Shown here piece after piece: positions 1 to 10,384 of a stretch of DNA of 64,000 nt (the stretch's first letter is position 1; each line of letters starts with the position of its first letter). The notes under the pieces are model-generated. The model was not told the origin of the DNA. It saw nothing but the letters and a program-made list of their open reading frames with translations, and did no database searches. The position numbers and the translations under genes are program-made. Source of the DNA: an uncultured delta proteobacterium (lineage in GTDB: Bacteria; Bdellovibrionota; FAC87; UBA2466); NCBI GenBank assembly GCA_963778115.1, contig CAVZSV010000004.1, positions 1,024,001-1,088,000 on the forward strand. Reading direction: 5' to 3'.

Positions 1-355
1 AGGCGCCTATTAACTCAACCTCATATTTTTTAAGGATCCCTTTATCACTCAGGGCCATGGCCAAGTTCAAAGCGGTTTGTCCCCCTAGTGTCGGTAGACA
101 GGCTTGAGGGCGTTCTTTTCGAATAATGTCTTCTAAGTAATCGACCGTGAGAGGCTCGACATAGGTACGATCCGCAAAATTAGGATCGGTCATGATGGTG
201 GCGGGATTACTATTGGCTAGAATAACCTCGTAACCTTCATCTTTGAGCGCTTTACAGGCTTGGGTCCCTGAGTAATCGAATTCGCAGGCTTGACCGATAA
301 CAATGGGGCCCGAGCCGATCAAAAGGATGCGCTTGAGATCGGTTCGCTTGGGCAT
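1..355 (-). CDS. carB: Carbamoyl-phosphate synthase large subunit, N-terminal part (runs off window)
   Basis: Manual translation from ATG at 355: [58 protein letters not shown], the canonical CarB N-terminus; not in the ORF track because truncated. Confidence 0.97.
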   Translation of the reverse strand, partial: MPKRTDLKRILLIGSGPIVIGQACEFDYSGTQACKALKDEGYEVILANSNPATIMTDPNFADRTYVEPLTVDYLEDIIRKERPQACLPTLGGQTALNLAMALSDKGILKKYEVELIGA

Positions 356-359
356 GACT

Positions 360-1037
360 TCAAATCCTACTGTTGTCGTCGTAGATCTTATCGATCGGCA
401 TGTGGTGATAGATCCGATGTTTCAGATACATTCCCACCAGAAGCCACAGCCAACTTTGATAGGTGGAAAAATCTTTGGCACGCTTAAACTGTCTGACCTT
501 CTTCTTGATGTACCCATGCACTTCGACGGGATGGTACGAGGGCCGACGGACAAAGCTAAAATGCTTAGTGTCCCCTTCTTCGTATTCCACCAAACGGCCT
601 TCGATAATATCTCCGCGAGAGATCCCGATAAAATCGGTCGTTCCCTTTTTCTTCACTAAGAAGACGCGACCTAAATATAGCTCTTTCAGCTTCAGCATAT
701 CGTCACTCGCTTTAGTGACGGTAAAAAGGCCGCGTTGGTTTCCCGTCTTTACATGATTCCAAATATTTTTTTGTGTATCCGATAGCGATTCGATCATTTC
801 AGGAAGCTGCTGTTCGAACACACACCAATCGTAAAAGAAGTCCCACAAATCTTCGATAAGCTCAGTGTTATCGGGATTGGTGAGCATGATACGCAACCGC
901 GTATGAAAGTCTCTTCTTAGCTCCGCCAATTTTTCCTTGTCGACAGCGACTATGATTCTCTGAACGAGAGACTCGAAATCGGGATGGATCATTCCTCCCG
1001 TCGACTGTGTAATTTCGGAGGTACCTGTGACGGTCAT
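360..1037 (-). CDS. Hypothetical protein between carA and carB
   Basis: 225-aa ORF; start overlaps carA stop, ends 4 nt before carB start. Confidence 0.8.
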   Translation of the reverse strand: MTVTGTSEITQSTGGMIHPDFESLVQRIIVAVDKEKLAELRRDFHTRLRIMLTNPDNTELIEDLWDFFYDWCVFEQQLPEMIESLSDTQKNIWNHVKTGNQRGLFTVTKASDDMLKLKELYLGRVFLVKKKGTTDFIGISRGDIIEGRLVEYEEGDTKHFSFVRRPSYHPVEVHGYIKKKVRQFKRAKDFSTYQSWLWLLVGMYLKHRIYHHMPIDKIYDDNSRI

Positions 1038-2140
1038 TTTAAGAACCCTCGCACAAAATAATCGAAGAGAGAAGCGGCATCAGAAGGACCGGGCTTCGCC
1101 TCCGGGTGAAACTGCACACTATAAAACTTCATCTTCTCGGAACAAAAACCTTCCACGGTGTCATCGTTCAAGCTCACATGACTTACCGAAACGTCTTTGG
1201 ACTTCAAATCCTGAGCCTTCACCGAAAATCCGTGGTTCTGAGATGTTATCAGAATTTTGCCCGAAATCAGATCTCTCACCGGATGATTTATTCCATGGTG
1301 ACCAAAGGGTAACTTATATGTCTTGCAACCTAGGGTACGTGCCAAAAGCTGATGCCCCATGCAAATGGCAAGAACCGGAACTTTTCCCAGAAACCCTTCA
1401 ATCTGCTCCACGCTTCCTTGAACTCCAGCCGGGTCTCCGGGACCATTGGATAGAACTACGGCCGTGGGGCGATAACTCATCGCATCTTGGTACGGATAGT
1501 TATACGGAACTACCCAAACTTTATAATCTTGTTCCGTAAAGGCTCGTAAAATATTGCTCTTAACTCCGAAGTCATAGACTACTATCGTGCCCGCATTTGC
1601 TTTATTTGCGGGCTGAATAAATTCATACGGTGCCTTACAGCTAACGCGACTCACCAGTTCAAGCCCCTCCATGTCTTCAACGGCGGCAACCAGCTCTTTT
1701 CCATACTGCTCCGTGGTGCGTCCTTTGCGGCTACTCAGCGGAAAAATAACGGCTCTTTGAGATCCTTCATCTCGAAGGATTTCGGTTACCAGACGCGTGT
1801 CGATTTCCGAAATTCCCGGTACCTTGTGGCTCTCTAACAAACTTCCCAGCGAGCGTTCGGAGCGCCATGACGAAGGCTTCGCATTATATTCTCTGGCCAC
1901 AACGCCACTGAGATAGAGCGCCTTAGATTCCCAATCGCTAGCGTTAATTCCGGTATTTCCCAAATGCGGATAGGACATGACGACAATCTGTTTGTGGTAG
2001 GAAGGATCGGTAAAAATTTCCTGATAACCGGTCATTCCGGTATTAAATACGGCCTCACCCCCTTGTGAAGTCTCGGCTCCAAAGCCCAGACCTTCGAAGG
2101 AGTGACCTTTTTCAAAATAAAGAGCCGCCTCCCAGGTCAC
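1034..2140 (-). CDS. carA: Carbamoyl-phosphate synthase small subunit
   Basis: GEAVFNTGMTGYQE, LSNGPGDP, ICMGHQ, SQNHG, SVQFHPEA motifs. Confidence 0.97.
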   Translation of the reverse strand: MTWEAALYFEKGHSFEGLGFGAETSQGGEAVFNTGMTGYQEIFTDPSYHKQIVVMSYPHLGNTGINASDWESKALYLSGVVAREYNAKPSSWRSERSLGSLLESHKVPGISEIDTRLVTEILRDEGSQRAVIFPLSSRKGRTTEQYGKELVAAVEDMEGLELVSRVSCKAPYEFIQPANKANAGTIVVYDFGVKSNILRAFTEQDYKVWVVPYNYPYQDAMSYRPTAVVLSNGPGDPAGVQGSVEQIEGFLGKVPVLAICMGHQLLARTLGCKTYKLPFGHHGINHPVRDLISGKILITSQNHGFSVKAQDLKSKDVSVSHVSLNDDTVEGFCSEKMKFYSVQFHPEAKPGPSDAASLFDYFVRGFLK

Positions 2141-3468
2141 GACAACTCCTTTCCATTTTCCGAGTTACTTAACAGGTGCGGCGAGCGGTAGATCACTTTG
2201 CCACCGACGATGGTATAGGAAACCCTTCCTTGGACTTCCCATCCGTTGAAGGGGGTGTTTTGGCTTTTCGAACGAAACTGCTCTCGATCGACGCTGTACT
2301 TTTGACTCGGATCAAAAACGGTAACGTCGGCATCGGCGCCCACTTTCAACGTCCCTTTTTGGATCCCTAAAATTTCGGCGGGTTTGACCGTCATAGCGGA
2401 AATGATCCGTTCCAGCGAAATTCCCTTCTCCCGGTGCAGCCGGTAGTACAAGGGAAAGGCCGTTTCTAGTCCCACCATTCCGAACTCGGCAAGATCGTAT
2501 TCAACTTCTTTATCTTCCACGGAGTGCGGCGCGTGGTCGGATGCAAGAACATCAATCGTTCCGTCAGCAAGTGCTTCGCACAGAGCGTCCACATCGTGCT
2601 TCTCTCGAAGTGGGGGGGCGACCTTAGTGTTGGTATCATAGTTCCCCACTGAATCATCCGTCAAAGTGAGGTGATGAGGGGTGACTTCGGCGGTTACTTT
2701 TATTCCTCGCCGCTTGGCTTCACGAATTAGCCGCACCGTTCCTTCGGTGCTGGCATGCGCGATGTGTAGCCGGGCGCCTGTCGCTTCGGCGAGTAGAATA
2801 TCTCTGGAGACGATAACGTCTTCGGAAGCACGAGGAATTCCTCGAAGTCCGAAGCGGGTCGAATTGAGCCCTTCGTTCATAACGCCTTTGCCCTTGAGAT
2901 GCGAATCTTCGGCGTGACTAATGACCACCAGATCAAATCTCTTAGAGTAGTCCATGGCTTTTCGCATGAGATAGGCGTTCATCAAAGTTTTCCCATCATC
3001 GGAAAGGCCGACAATGCCCGCTTCCCACATAGCCCCTATCTCGGCCAGCTCTTCGCCTTTGAGTCCTTTGGAAATAGCGCCGATAGCGTAAATGTTGATT
3101 TCCGATTCCGATGAAACTCTTTGGTAAATGTAACTAGTGATAAAGGAATTATCGTTGACGGGGTTGGTATTCGCCATACAAGCGACGGAAGTAAATCCTC
3201 CGGCAGCAGCAGCTTCACTTCCGGTTTTAATAGTCTCTTTGTGCGACTGACCGGGCTCTCGCAAATGAACGTGCATGTCTACCCATCCGGGAGTGACAAT
3301 ACAGCCCGGAATTTCGATCACCAGCGCCCCGGTCTCGCGCGTTAAGGGGATGGAAGAGGCGATACCTTCGACCTTCCCGTTTCTCAGATACAAGTCTCCT
3401 TGCAGATCGAGATTCTGACTCGGATCGAAGATGCGTCCGCCGCGCAATAAGATCGGTCTAGGCGACAT
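2137..3468 (-). CDS. pyrC: Dihydroorotase
   Basis: DMHVHLREPG, EVTPHHL, ASDHAPH motifs; pyr operon context. Confidence 0.96.
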   Translation of the reverse strand: MSPRPILLRGGRIFDPSQNLDLQGDLYLRNGKVEGIASSIPLTRETGALVIEIPGCIVTPGWVDMHVHLREPGQSHKETIKTGSEAAAAGGFTSVACMANTNPVNDNSFITSYIYQRVSSESEINIYAIGAISKGLKGEELAEIGAMWEAGIVGLSDDGKTLMNAYLMRKAMDYSKRFDLVVISHAEDSHLKGKGVMNEGLNSTRFGLRGIPRASEDVIVSRDILLAEATGARLHIAHASTEGTVRLIREAKRRGIKVTAEVTPHHLTLTDDSVGNYDTNTKVAPPLREKHDVDALCEALADGTIDVLASDHAPHSVEDKEVEYDLAEFGMVGLETAFPLYYRLHREKGISLERIISAMTVKPAEILGIQKGTLKVGADADVTVFDPSQKYSVDREQFRSKSQNTPFNGWEVQGRVSYTIVGGKVIYRSPHLLSNSENGKELS

Positions 3469-4444
3469 GCAAAGGCTCTCCTCCCGTTAACAGATGAAGC
3501 AATGCCATGCGAACCAAAACCCCATTGCCAACTTGATTGAGAATCACGGAGTGATCACCATCGGCGACTTCGGGAGCAAGCTCGAGTCCGCGATTCACTG
3601 GTCCAGGATGCATAATAAGCACGTCCTCTTTGCACAACTTAAGCACTCGACTCGAAATGCCATAAAACCTGGCATACTCTCCGCGCGAAGGAATTTGAGT
3701 CACTCCCAAACGTTCGAACTGAATCCGTAATGCGATGATGACGTCTTTATCCTTCACCGCTTTATCGAGATCATAAAAGACCTCGACCCCTAACTCTCCC
3801 ATGCGCGGGGGAACTAATGTCGGAGGTCCACACACGCTCACTTGGGCGCCCATCGTCTTAAGTGCATAAATATCGGAGCGGGCAACCCGGCTGTGGGCGA
3901 TGTCTCCCACGATAAGCACTTTGAGCCCGGCCAGCGACTTCTTAAATTCGCGAATTGTCATCACATCGAGCAACGCTTGGGTGGGATGCTCGTGAAAACC
4001 GTCGCCCGCATTAATGATGGGAATACCTAAAATCTTACTTAAATGATGAGGGGAGCCGGCTGATGGATGCCTTAGCACCAAAAGATCAGGATGCATCGCT
4101 TCAATCGTTTTTGCGGTGTCGTAAAGCGTTTCCCCTTTTTCCGCCGAACTCATCTCTTTGGTAAGGACCAACGTATTACCCTTAAGCCGCTTTGCCGCTA
4201 GCTCAAACGAACTTCGGGTCCGGGTGCTCGGCTCAAAGAAGAGCAGAATCACGGTTTTATCTTTTAGGGAGTCGGGAATCGGCTCCTTGCGCTCCAGCAA
4301 GTTTCTAAAAGAAAAAGAGGTGTCTAATACGGTTTGGATCTGTTCAGCCTTTAGCAGTTCAGTCCCCAGAATGGACTTTACGCCTAGACTGACGCCCCGG
4401 CCGTGAATGGCAGTATCGCTAGAAGAAGTTCTTTGTGGTCCCAT
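3458..4444 (-). CDS. pyrB: Aspartate carbamoyltransferase catalytic subunit
   Basis: FFEPSTRTRSSF, NAGDGFHEHPTQ, MHPGPVNRG; start placed at ATG 4444 because the longer ORF overlaps pdxS antisense. Confidence 0.95.
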   Translation of the reverse strand: MGPQRTSSSDTAIHGRGVSLGVKSILGTELLKAEQIQTVLDTSFSFRNLLERKEPIPDSLKDKTVILLFFEPSTRTRSSFELAAKRLKGNTLVLTKEMSSAEKGETLYDTAKTIEAMHPDLLVLRHPSAGSPHHLSKILGIPIINAGDGFHEHPTQALLDVMTIREFKKSLAGLKVLIVGDIAHSRVARSDIYALKTMGAQVSVCGPPTLVPPRMGELGVEVFYDLDKAVKDKDVIIALRIQFERLGVTQIPSRGEYARFYGISSRVLKLCKEDVLIMHPGPVNRGLELAPEVADGDHSVILNQVGNGVLVRMALLHLLTGGEPLHVA

Positions 4445-4550
4445 ATTTAGGCGGTCGCACTGTATGCGATATGGCGCGTGAAGGCAACCCCATATCCGTT
4501 GATTTGAAGCTAAAGCTAGGATATGAAATCTGCGGAGGAACCCGACTTTT

Positions 4551-5480
4551 ATGCCAAAAGACCCTAGCTCCGAAACACAGTTTAGTGGCCAATTCGCTGG
4601 CCAGTTCAATGAAATGCGTCTTAAGACCGGCCTAGCCGAAATGCTCAAAGGCGGCGTCATTATGGATGTCGTTAACCGAGAGCAAGCCGTCATCGCAGAA
4701 AAGGCCGGCGCCGTTGCTGTCATGGCGCTAGAGCGGGTGCCCGCAGACATCCGAAAAGAGGGCGGAGTCGCTCGTATGGCCGACCCCACTAAGATCGAAG
4801 AGATCATGCAAGCGGTCTCCATCCCCGTAATGGCCAAGGCCAGAATCGGCCACTTTGCGGAGGCCCGAATCCTAGAAGCCCTGGGTGTCGATTACATCGA
4901 TGAAAGTGAAGTCTTGACCCCGGCGGACGAGCAGTACCATATCGACAAATTTGACTTTAAAGTCCCCTTCGTTTGCGGTGCCAGAAATCTCGGTGAAGCC
5001 CTTCGACGCATCGGAGAGGGAGCCGCCATGATCCGAACCAAAGGCGAAGCAGGTTCCGGCAACATCGTGGAAGCCGTTCGTCACTTGAGAAAAATCACTT
5101 CCCAAATGAAGCGTCTTACTACGCTTGGCCCCGAAGAGTTGATGAATGAAGCGAAAGAGTTGGGCGCCCCGCTTCACTTGGTCCAGATCGTCGCCAAATC
5201 CGGCAAGCTTCCTGTGCCCAATTTTGCGGCGGGCGGAATTGCCACCCCGGCGGACGCGGCACTTTGCATGTGGCTGGGAGCCGAAGCCGTCTTCGTGGGC
5301 TCGGGAATCTTTAAATCAGGAGACCCCCAGAAGTTAGCGGTTGCTATCGTGACCGCCACTACCAATTACCGGGATCCAAAAATCCTGGCCCAGGTCTCCA
5401 CAGGTTTGGGAGAGCCGATGAAGGGGCTTGATATCCACCAACTCAAATCGGAAGAGCGCCTGCAAGAACGCGGGTGGTAA
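4551..5480 (+). CDS. pdxS: Pyridoxal 5'-phosphate synthase lyase subunit
   Basis: [38 protein letters not shown]-terminal LQERGW. Confidence 0.97.
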   Translation: MPKDPSSETQFSGQFAGQFNEMRLKTGLAEMLKGGVIMDVVNREQAVIAEKAGAVAVMALERVPADIRKEGGVARMADPTKIEEIMQAVSIPVMAKARIGHFAEARILEALGVDYIDESEVLTPADEQYHIDKFDFKVPFVCGARNLGEALRRIGEGAAMIRTKGEAGSGNIVEAVRHLRKITSQMKRLTTLGPEELMNEAKELGAPLHLVQIVAKSGKLPVPNFAAGGIATPADAALCMWLGAEAVFVGSGIFKSGDPQKLAVAIVTATTNYRDPKILAQVSTGLGEPMKGLDIHQLKSEERLQERGW

Positions 5481-5481
5481 A

Positions 5482-6090
5482 GTGAAGATTGGAATCTTGG
5501 CTTTGCAAGGGGCGGTTGCTCCGCACGAAGAGAAATTAAGAAAGCTCGGGGTCGAACCCGTTCAAGTCCGAAGGGCCTCTGATTTAGCCTCTCTTTCGGC
5601 AATCGTGCTGCCTGGCGGGGAGAGCAGTGCCATGATTCACCTGCTCAATACCAACCAACTATGGGCTCCCTTGAAAACATTCTGTGAAACTCACCCGACT
5701 TGGGGAGTCTGCGCGGGAAGTATCCTGTTGGCGGCTGAAGTCACTTCACCCTGCCAAGCCTCTTTTGCACAGATGGAGGTTCGAGCGGTCCGCAACGCCT
5801 ATGGACGACAACTTGAAAGTTTCATCGACACTTTAGACCCTACCGACGCTTGGAAGGGACTCGATCCTATCGAAGGGGTCTTCATCCGGGCTCCCCGTCT
5901 GGTTCCGCTATCTGACAGGGTCCGGATCCTCTTTCGCCACCACGGCGAACCGGTCATGATCCAACAAGGTCATTGGCTAGCGTCCGCTTTTCATCCAGAA
6001 TTGAGCGGGTCAACTGAGATTCACAACTATTTTCTCACCTTGTGTGCAGAGAGGTTCCCCCATGGACGAACGATTTCCTCGATGGCTTAG
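5482..6090 (+). CDS. pdxT: Pyridoxal 5'-phosphate synthase glutaminase subunit
   Basis: KIGILALQG, PGGES, GVCAG, RNAYGRQ, FIRAP, FHPE; GTG start right after pdxS. Confidence 0.95.
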   Translation: MKIGILALQGAVAPHEEKLRKLGVEPVQVRRASDLASLSAIVLPGGESSAMIHLLNTNQLWAPLKTFCETHPTWGVCAGSILLAAEVTSPCQASFAQMEVRAVRNAYGRQLESFIDTLDPTDAWKGLDPIEGVFIRAPRLVPLSDRVRILFRHHGEPVMIQQGHWLASAFHPELSGSTEIHNYFLTLCAERFPHGRTISSMA

Positions 6091-6718
6091 AACGGTTCTT
6101 AGAAAACTTGATTTTCTGGGGATTCCTAACTTAGGCGGACTGCTCTGTGGAGTCGCCGTCCTGGCCTTCGTTGCCAATAACATCGCTCCCGTTCCGGTGG
6201 AACGATTCATGTTCGATCCTTATCTCATTCTAAGGGGAGAGTGGTGGCGACTTTTTAGTTTTATCTTCACTAATGGGTTTCAAAGTCCCCTAAGCCTACT
6301 GTTTTACGTGCTTTATATTTATTTCATTGTAAATGCGCTGGAATCCGTCTGGGGGCCGGGACCGGTGACCGTCTATGTCCTCTTTAGCGTCCTGGCTTGT
6401 CTCGGAGGAGCTTTCGTTGTCATGCAACGGGTGGACGTTTCCTCCTACCTGCTCTTCAACATCAGCTTGGCGTTCGGAACGCTTTTTCCGGAGTATGAGC
6501 TTCTTTTGTTTTTCATTCTTCCCGTCAAGGCTAAATGGTTAGCTCTTATCGGAGTGGCCTTCATGGCACTGCAATTTATCCGAGGCGACGTCGTCGTGCT
6601 GCCCATCTCGGTAATACCCTATGTGGTGTTTTTCGGACCGCTACTAGTGTCTCTGGTTCGTAACCGTATCCGTCGAAATAAGAATCGAAACCGGTTTGAT
6701 GACGATATGTGGAGATAA
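6062..6718 (+). CDS. Membrane protein, rhomboid/derlin-like
   Basis: GEWWRLFSF motif, multiple TM segments, FFILPVKAKWL. Confidence 0.65.
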   Translation: MDERFPRWLRTVLRKLDFLGIPNLGGLLCGVAVLAFVANNIAPVPVERFMFDPYLILRGEWWRLFSFIFTNGFQSPLSLLFYVLYIYFIVNALESVWGPGPVTVYVLFSVLACLGGAFVVMQRVDVSSYLLFNISLAFGTLFPEYELLLFFILPVKAKWLALIGVAFMALQFIRGDVVVLPISVIPYVVFFGPLLVSLVRNRIRRNKNRNRFDDDMWR

Positions 6719-6829
6719 GCTTCCCCCACAGTCTTATTTAAAAACCGGCCGTTCGGCAGATGCCAAAAGCTAAACGCCAAACGCTAAACCCCTAAAAATT
6801 GCAACAGGGCGCGGAAGTATTAGGCATCC

Positions 6830-7483
6830 CTATGCTCGAGCCTTAGCGCCCTTGGCTCCCGCTCGACGAGCTTTTTGGTACTTAAGATAAGAGCGCGCCA
6901 CCGCCACGAGGATAATGACAAAAACCGCGACCGTGATCCCGGTCTTCAAATGCTTGATGCTTTGGAGAATGGTCGAGATCTCGTCTCCCAAGTAATAACC
7001 CAGCCCGTAGCCAATCCCTATCCAAATGGGAACGCTGATGAGGGCAGCCATCAAGTCTAAGAGAATAAAGCGGGTGTAACGAAGCTTCATCGCTCCGGCC
7101 ATGAAGAAGGCTATCCCGCGAAAACCCGCGACGAATCGGGCAAAAAAGACCACCTTTCCACCGTATTTACGAAAATAGGCTCGGGTGCGACGAATCTTAT
7201 CGGGCTTAAAAAGGCTCTGCACTTTGCCGTGCTCAAGAAGCCGCATGCCCATTTTATTTCCCAGAAAAAAGAGGATGCTATCCCCGATGAGAACGCCCGA
7301 GAGCGTTACCAGAAGGGCGGGGAGCCAATCGAGAGTCGTATCCCAACACAGATAGCCCGTCGCTATCAGAGGAATATCCTCGGGCATCGGAAAGCCCAAC
7401 CCGCAAGCAACCAACACGCCGAAGATGACTAAGTAAGCAACATTGCTCGAGAGGTTGGTTAGGTAAATGAACAGTTTATCCAT
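6830..7483 (-). CDS. DedA family membrane protein
   Basis: GLGFPMPEDIPL, GDSILF, FFARFVAGFR motifs. Confidence 0.92.
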   Translation of the reverse strand: MDKLFIYLTNLSSNVAYLVIFGVLVACGLGFPMPEDIPLIATGYLCWDTTLDWLPALLVTLSGVLIGDSILFFLGNKMGMRLLEHGKVQSLFKPDKIRRTRAYFRKYGGKVVFFARFVAGFRGIAFFMAGAMKLRYTRFILLDLMAALISVPIWIGIGYGLGYYLGDEISTILQSIKHLKTGITVAVFVIILVAVARSYLKYQKARRAGAKGAKARA

Positions 7484-7565
7484 GATTTCAGCCCCCGTAG
7501 CTTAACTCACCTGGCCATTGAACCCAAACACCATTTTTTCCTCTTTTTTTCTTTAGGCTGACCAT

Positions 7566-8582
7566 TTGCCGACTCGCCCCACCCACGGTATCTTTCCGCC
7601 GAACGTGAGAAAGTCGTCTAAAAAAAGTTCCGGCAAGGATTTGCCCGCAAAATCCGTCTCTGCGAAGACGGTCAAAGCGACAAAGACCTCTACCGCTAAG
7701 GCTGTCACTACGACGTCGGCCGATCCTCTTCTACAAACCTATATGAAAGAGGTGCATCGCTATCCGCTTCTCACTCGCGAAGAAGAGCATGACCTGGCGG
7801 TGACTTACCAAAAGACTAAAGATCGCGATGCGCTTCAGAAGTTGGTAACGAGTAACCTTCGTTTCGTCGTTAAGATCGCTTACGAATACGTCCACTACCG
7901 AGTGAAACTCTTAGATCTCATTCAGGATGGAAATATGGGGCTCGTCAAAGCGGTTCAGGAGTTCGATCCCTATCGGGACGTGAGGCTCACTACGTATGCG
8001 GTGTGGTGGATACGCAGTTACATCCAAGATGCCATCTTAAGGAACTACTCTCTGGTAAAGATGGGAACCACGCAGGCCCAGAAAAAACTCTTTTATCGAT
8101 TACGCGCCGAGCAGAATAAGCTCGAACAGATGGGTATTGCTCCCCAACAGAATGTGAAGCTTTTAGCTAGTAAGCTTGAGGTGAGGGAAAAAGACGTGGA
8201 AGAGATGGATCAGCGCCTTTCCCACGGCGGCGATCTTTCGTTAAATGCGCCCGTAAATTCAGAAGAGAAACAGGAGCATCTACAAAATTTGGTCGACCCT
8301 TCCACTCCTCTTGATGTGACATTGGGGGATGCCGAACAGAAAGAGATCTTCTCAAAAATTCTTTCGCAGTTCTTGCAGACGCTGGAAGGCAGAGAAAAAG
8401 TTATCTTTTCGCAAAGGCTGGTATCCGAAGATCCGATGACCCTTCAAGAACTCGGTGATAAGTACGGCATTACCAAAGAACGCGCCCGCCAGATAGAAGA
8501 GCAGATCAAAGAGAAACTAAAAAATTACGTGAAACAAAATTACCCTGATTACGACTTGCTCACTAACGCGATGAATTCCTAA
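7566..8582 (+). CDS. rpoH: RNA polymerase sigma-32 (RpoH-like) factor
   Basis: Sigma-70 regions (NLRFVVKIA, DLIQDGNMGL, YAVWWIR), RpoH-box-like QKKLFYRLR, TLQELGDKYGITKERARQIE; exact start uncertain. Confidence 0.85.
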   Translation: MPTRPTHGIFPPNVRKSSKKSSGKDLPAKSVSAKTVKATKTSTAKAVTTTSADPLLQTYMKEVHRYPLLTREEEHDLAVTYQKTKDRDALQKLVTSNLRFVVKIAYEYVHYRVKLLDLIQDGNMGLVKAVQEFDPYRDVRLTTYAVWWIRSYIQDAILRNYSLVKMGTTQAQKKLFYRLRAEQNKLEQMGIAPQQNVKLLASKLEVREKDVEEMDQRLSHGGDLSLNAPVNSEEKQEHLQNLVDPSTPLDVTLGDAEQKEIFSKILSQFLQTLEGREKVIFSQRLVSEDPMTLQELGDKYGITKERARQIEEQIKEKLKNYVKQNYPDYDLLTNAMNS

Positions 8583-10174
8583 TAAGTGTCGACCAGTTTG
8601 GAAGCAGCCGCCTCTTTGCCGCCTAATTGTAGCAGTAAGGCACTGTAATCGTATTCGCGGCCCGTAGTGAAGCCGACCTGCCGCATTCGATCACCCATCG
8701 ATCTACTGCAACATCCGGGCGGAAATTGTTCGGAGAGGCCACCCGCGATGGCATGGCCGACTAGAGTCGCCAAAAGACGTCCCGCGGAGGATCCCGGCAA
8801 ATCTAAAAAGGCGTCATCATCCCAATCGGCGTAAAAGGGTTGTAGCTCAACCCCCCAATAATCGGCCACAATCTTCGACCACAATTCGCCGAAGTCTTCG
8901 TCGGGATGAGCGTAGATTTGGGTTTCAAGTTCGCTTCGCATGACGGCAGTTATCAACCGGTATAACGGAGGCGAAATGAGGTTAGTGGGATCCACTACCA
9001 ACGTCCGCCCTACTACTGTTGCTTTGCGGGTGGAGAGCTCGGACCACCGGTTTAGAAAGCTAGGTTGAAACACCATTTCGGAGATCGCATAGCCCATGCT
9101 TTTCGCTTCCAAGGGCTCTATCGTTTCAAAGAAAGCGTGCGAGGGGCGTTCTTCGGAGACTTGCCATTGTTTTATAATCCCCACCCAAAAGGGATCGTCA
9201 TTGCGATTGCCGGAGGGGGTGACAAACGGCATCGCCAGAGCGGTACAGAGCCAATTGATCCCGTCAGGCGGGAAATCACTTAAAACGTTCTTAGAGCCTT
9301 CTTCCAATAGCTGTGTCGTTCCTGCTTCCACAAACGCCGGAACATCGGAAAATTGAAGATTCGAAATTCCGATATTCTTTCCCCAGGCCTGGAACTTATT
9401 CTTAAGTTCCACAGACCACCGCTCTCGGACTCTCGCCATCGCCGCTTGATAGTCTTCGTTAGACCATCCGATCTTGGACAATTGATATTGCACATAGTTT
9501 GCAAATCCTGCGGCAGTGGCCTCATCGTTTCTTGCTTTAATTAATTCTCGAAACCCCCACTCCATCCACTTCTTGCTCCTGGCCCCCAAGAATAGGCTCG
9601 CCAAGTTTTCGCGACTTCTGCGATCTTCAACCGATCCTAAACGATTGAAGAAAGCGGGCACGCTCAGTGGCGTTTTGTCCCCAGGAAGAGATAAGGTGAA
9701 AGAGGCATTCTTTCTTACGATATCGCGATATAGAAGCTCGCTCTCGACCTCTTTAGATTGCACATTCTGCGTAAGAATCGAGCGCTTTAGAAGTTCCAAG
9801 GCTCGAACCAACCGCGGACGATCGGGACAACTCTCAGGTACCACGGACCTTGTCGAAGCTTCCATGCGGGCGGTTTGAGCCAAAAGAACCTCATCGTCCC
9901 TTAATTTCTGATAAGCGGTAAAAAGTTTTCGTGCATTCGACGAAGTCGATGATTTCTCGTGTAGGTAGTCTTCCCAGGCATTATCAATCTTGATCCAGTA
10001 AGGATCCAGATCCGTCTTGAAAAACCGCGTGATGGGATCGCAGGTACCCGCGTCGGAACTCGAAATCGCATTCGGAGCGACATGTCTCACCCTAACCACA
10101 TCGTTCGAGACGCAGGAGATCACTACTAGCGCCATCAAGACCGTAACGATTCTGTGTGAATTTAGTTTGTGCAT
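8579..10174 (-). CDS. Putative lipoprotein with distant M2/M3 metallopeptidase-like sequence
   Basis: Lipobox-like VVISC; ELIKARNDEATAAGFANY and ELWSKIVADYWG resemble M2/M3 peptidases; no HExxH seen. Confidence 0.55.
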   Translation of the reverse strand: MHKLNSHRIVTVLMALVVISCVSNDVVRVRHVAPNAISSSDAGTCDPITRFFKTDLDPYWIKIDNAWEDYLHEKSSTSSNARKLFTAYQKLRDDEVLLAQTARMEASTRSVVPESCPDRPRLVRALELLKRSILTQNVQSKEVESELLYRDIVRKNASFTLSLPGDKTPLSVPAFFNRLGSVEDRRSRENLASLFLGARSKKWMEWGFRELIKARNDEATAAGFANYVQYQLSKIGWSNEDYQAAMARVRERWSVELKNKFQAWGKNIGISNLQFSDVPAFVEAGTTQLLEEGSKNVLSDFPPDGINWLCTALAMPFVTPSGNRNDDPFWVGIIKQWQVSEERPSHAFFETIEPLEAKSMGYAISEMVFQPSFLNRWSELSTRKATVVGRTLVVDPTNLISPPLYRLITAVMRSELETQIYAHPDEDFGELWSKIVADYWGVELQPFYADWDDDAFLDLPGSSAGRLLATLVGHAIAGGLSEQFPPGCCSRSMGDRMRQVGFTTGREYDYSALLLQLGGKEAAASKLVDTY

Positions 10175-10384
10175 GGGAGGTTATAAAAATTTTACAGCAT
10201 TTGAAGGTATCTCAGGCATTTTTCATGGAAGGGGACGTAACACGACGCAGCAGCACACCTCTCCTGTCAGTACGACTGTAAGGGAATTATCTGAAGTGTG
10301 TTGAGTCGTCGTCCATCCGATTTACAGGTTGCTTCGGCTTCGCATCCCAATGACTACTTCCAAAGCCGTTCTGTTTCCGGATTT

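Noticed and set aside
4445..4837. N-terminal extension of the 459-aa pyrB ORF
   Set aside because: Largely antisense to pdxS; ATCase homology starts near 4444.
6766..6796. Degenerate 7-nt repeats (aaacgcc/aaacgct/aaaccct)
   Set aside because: Too short and degenerate; no spacers and no cas genes.
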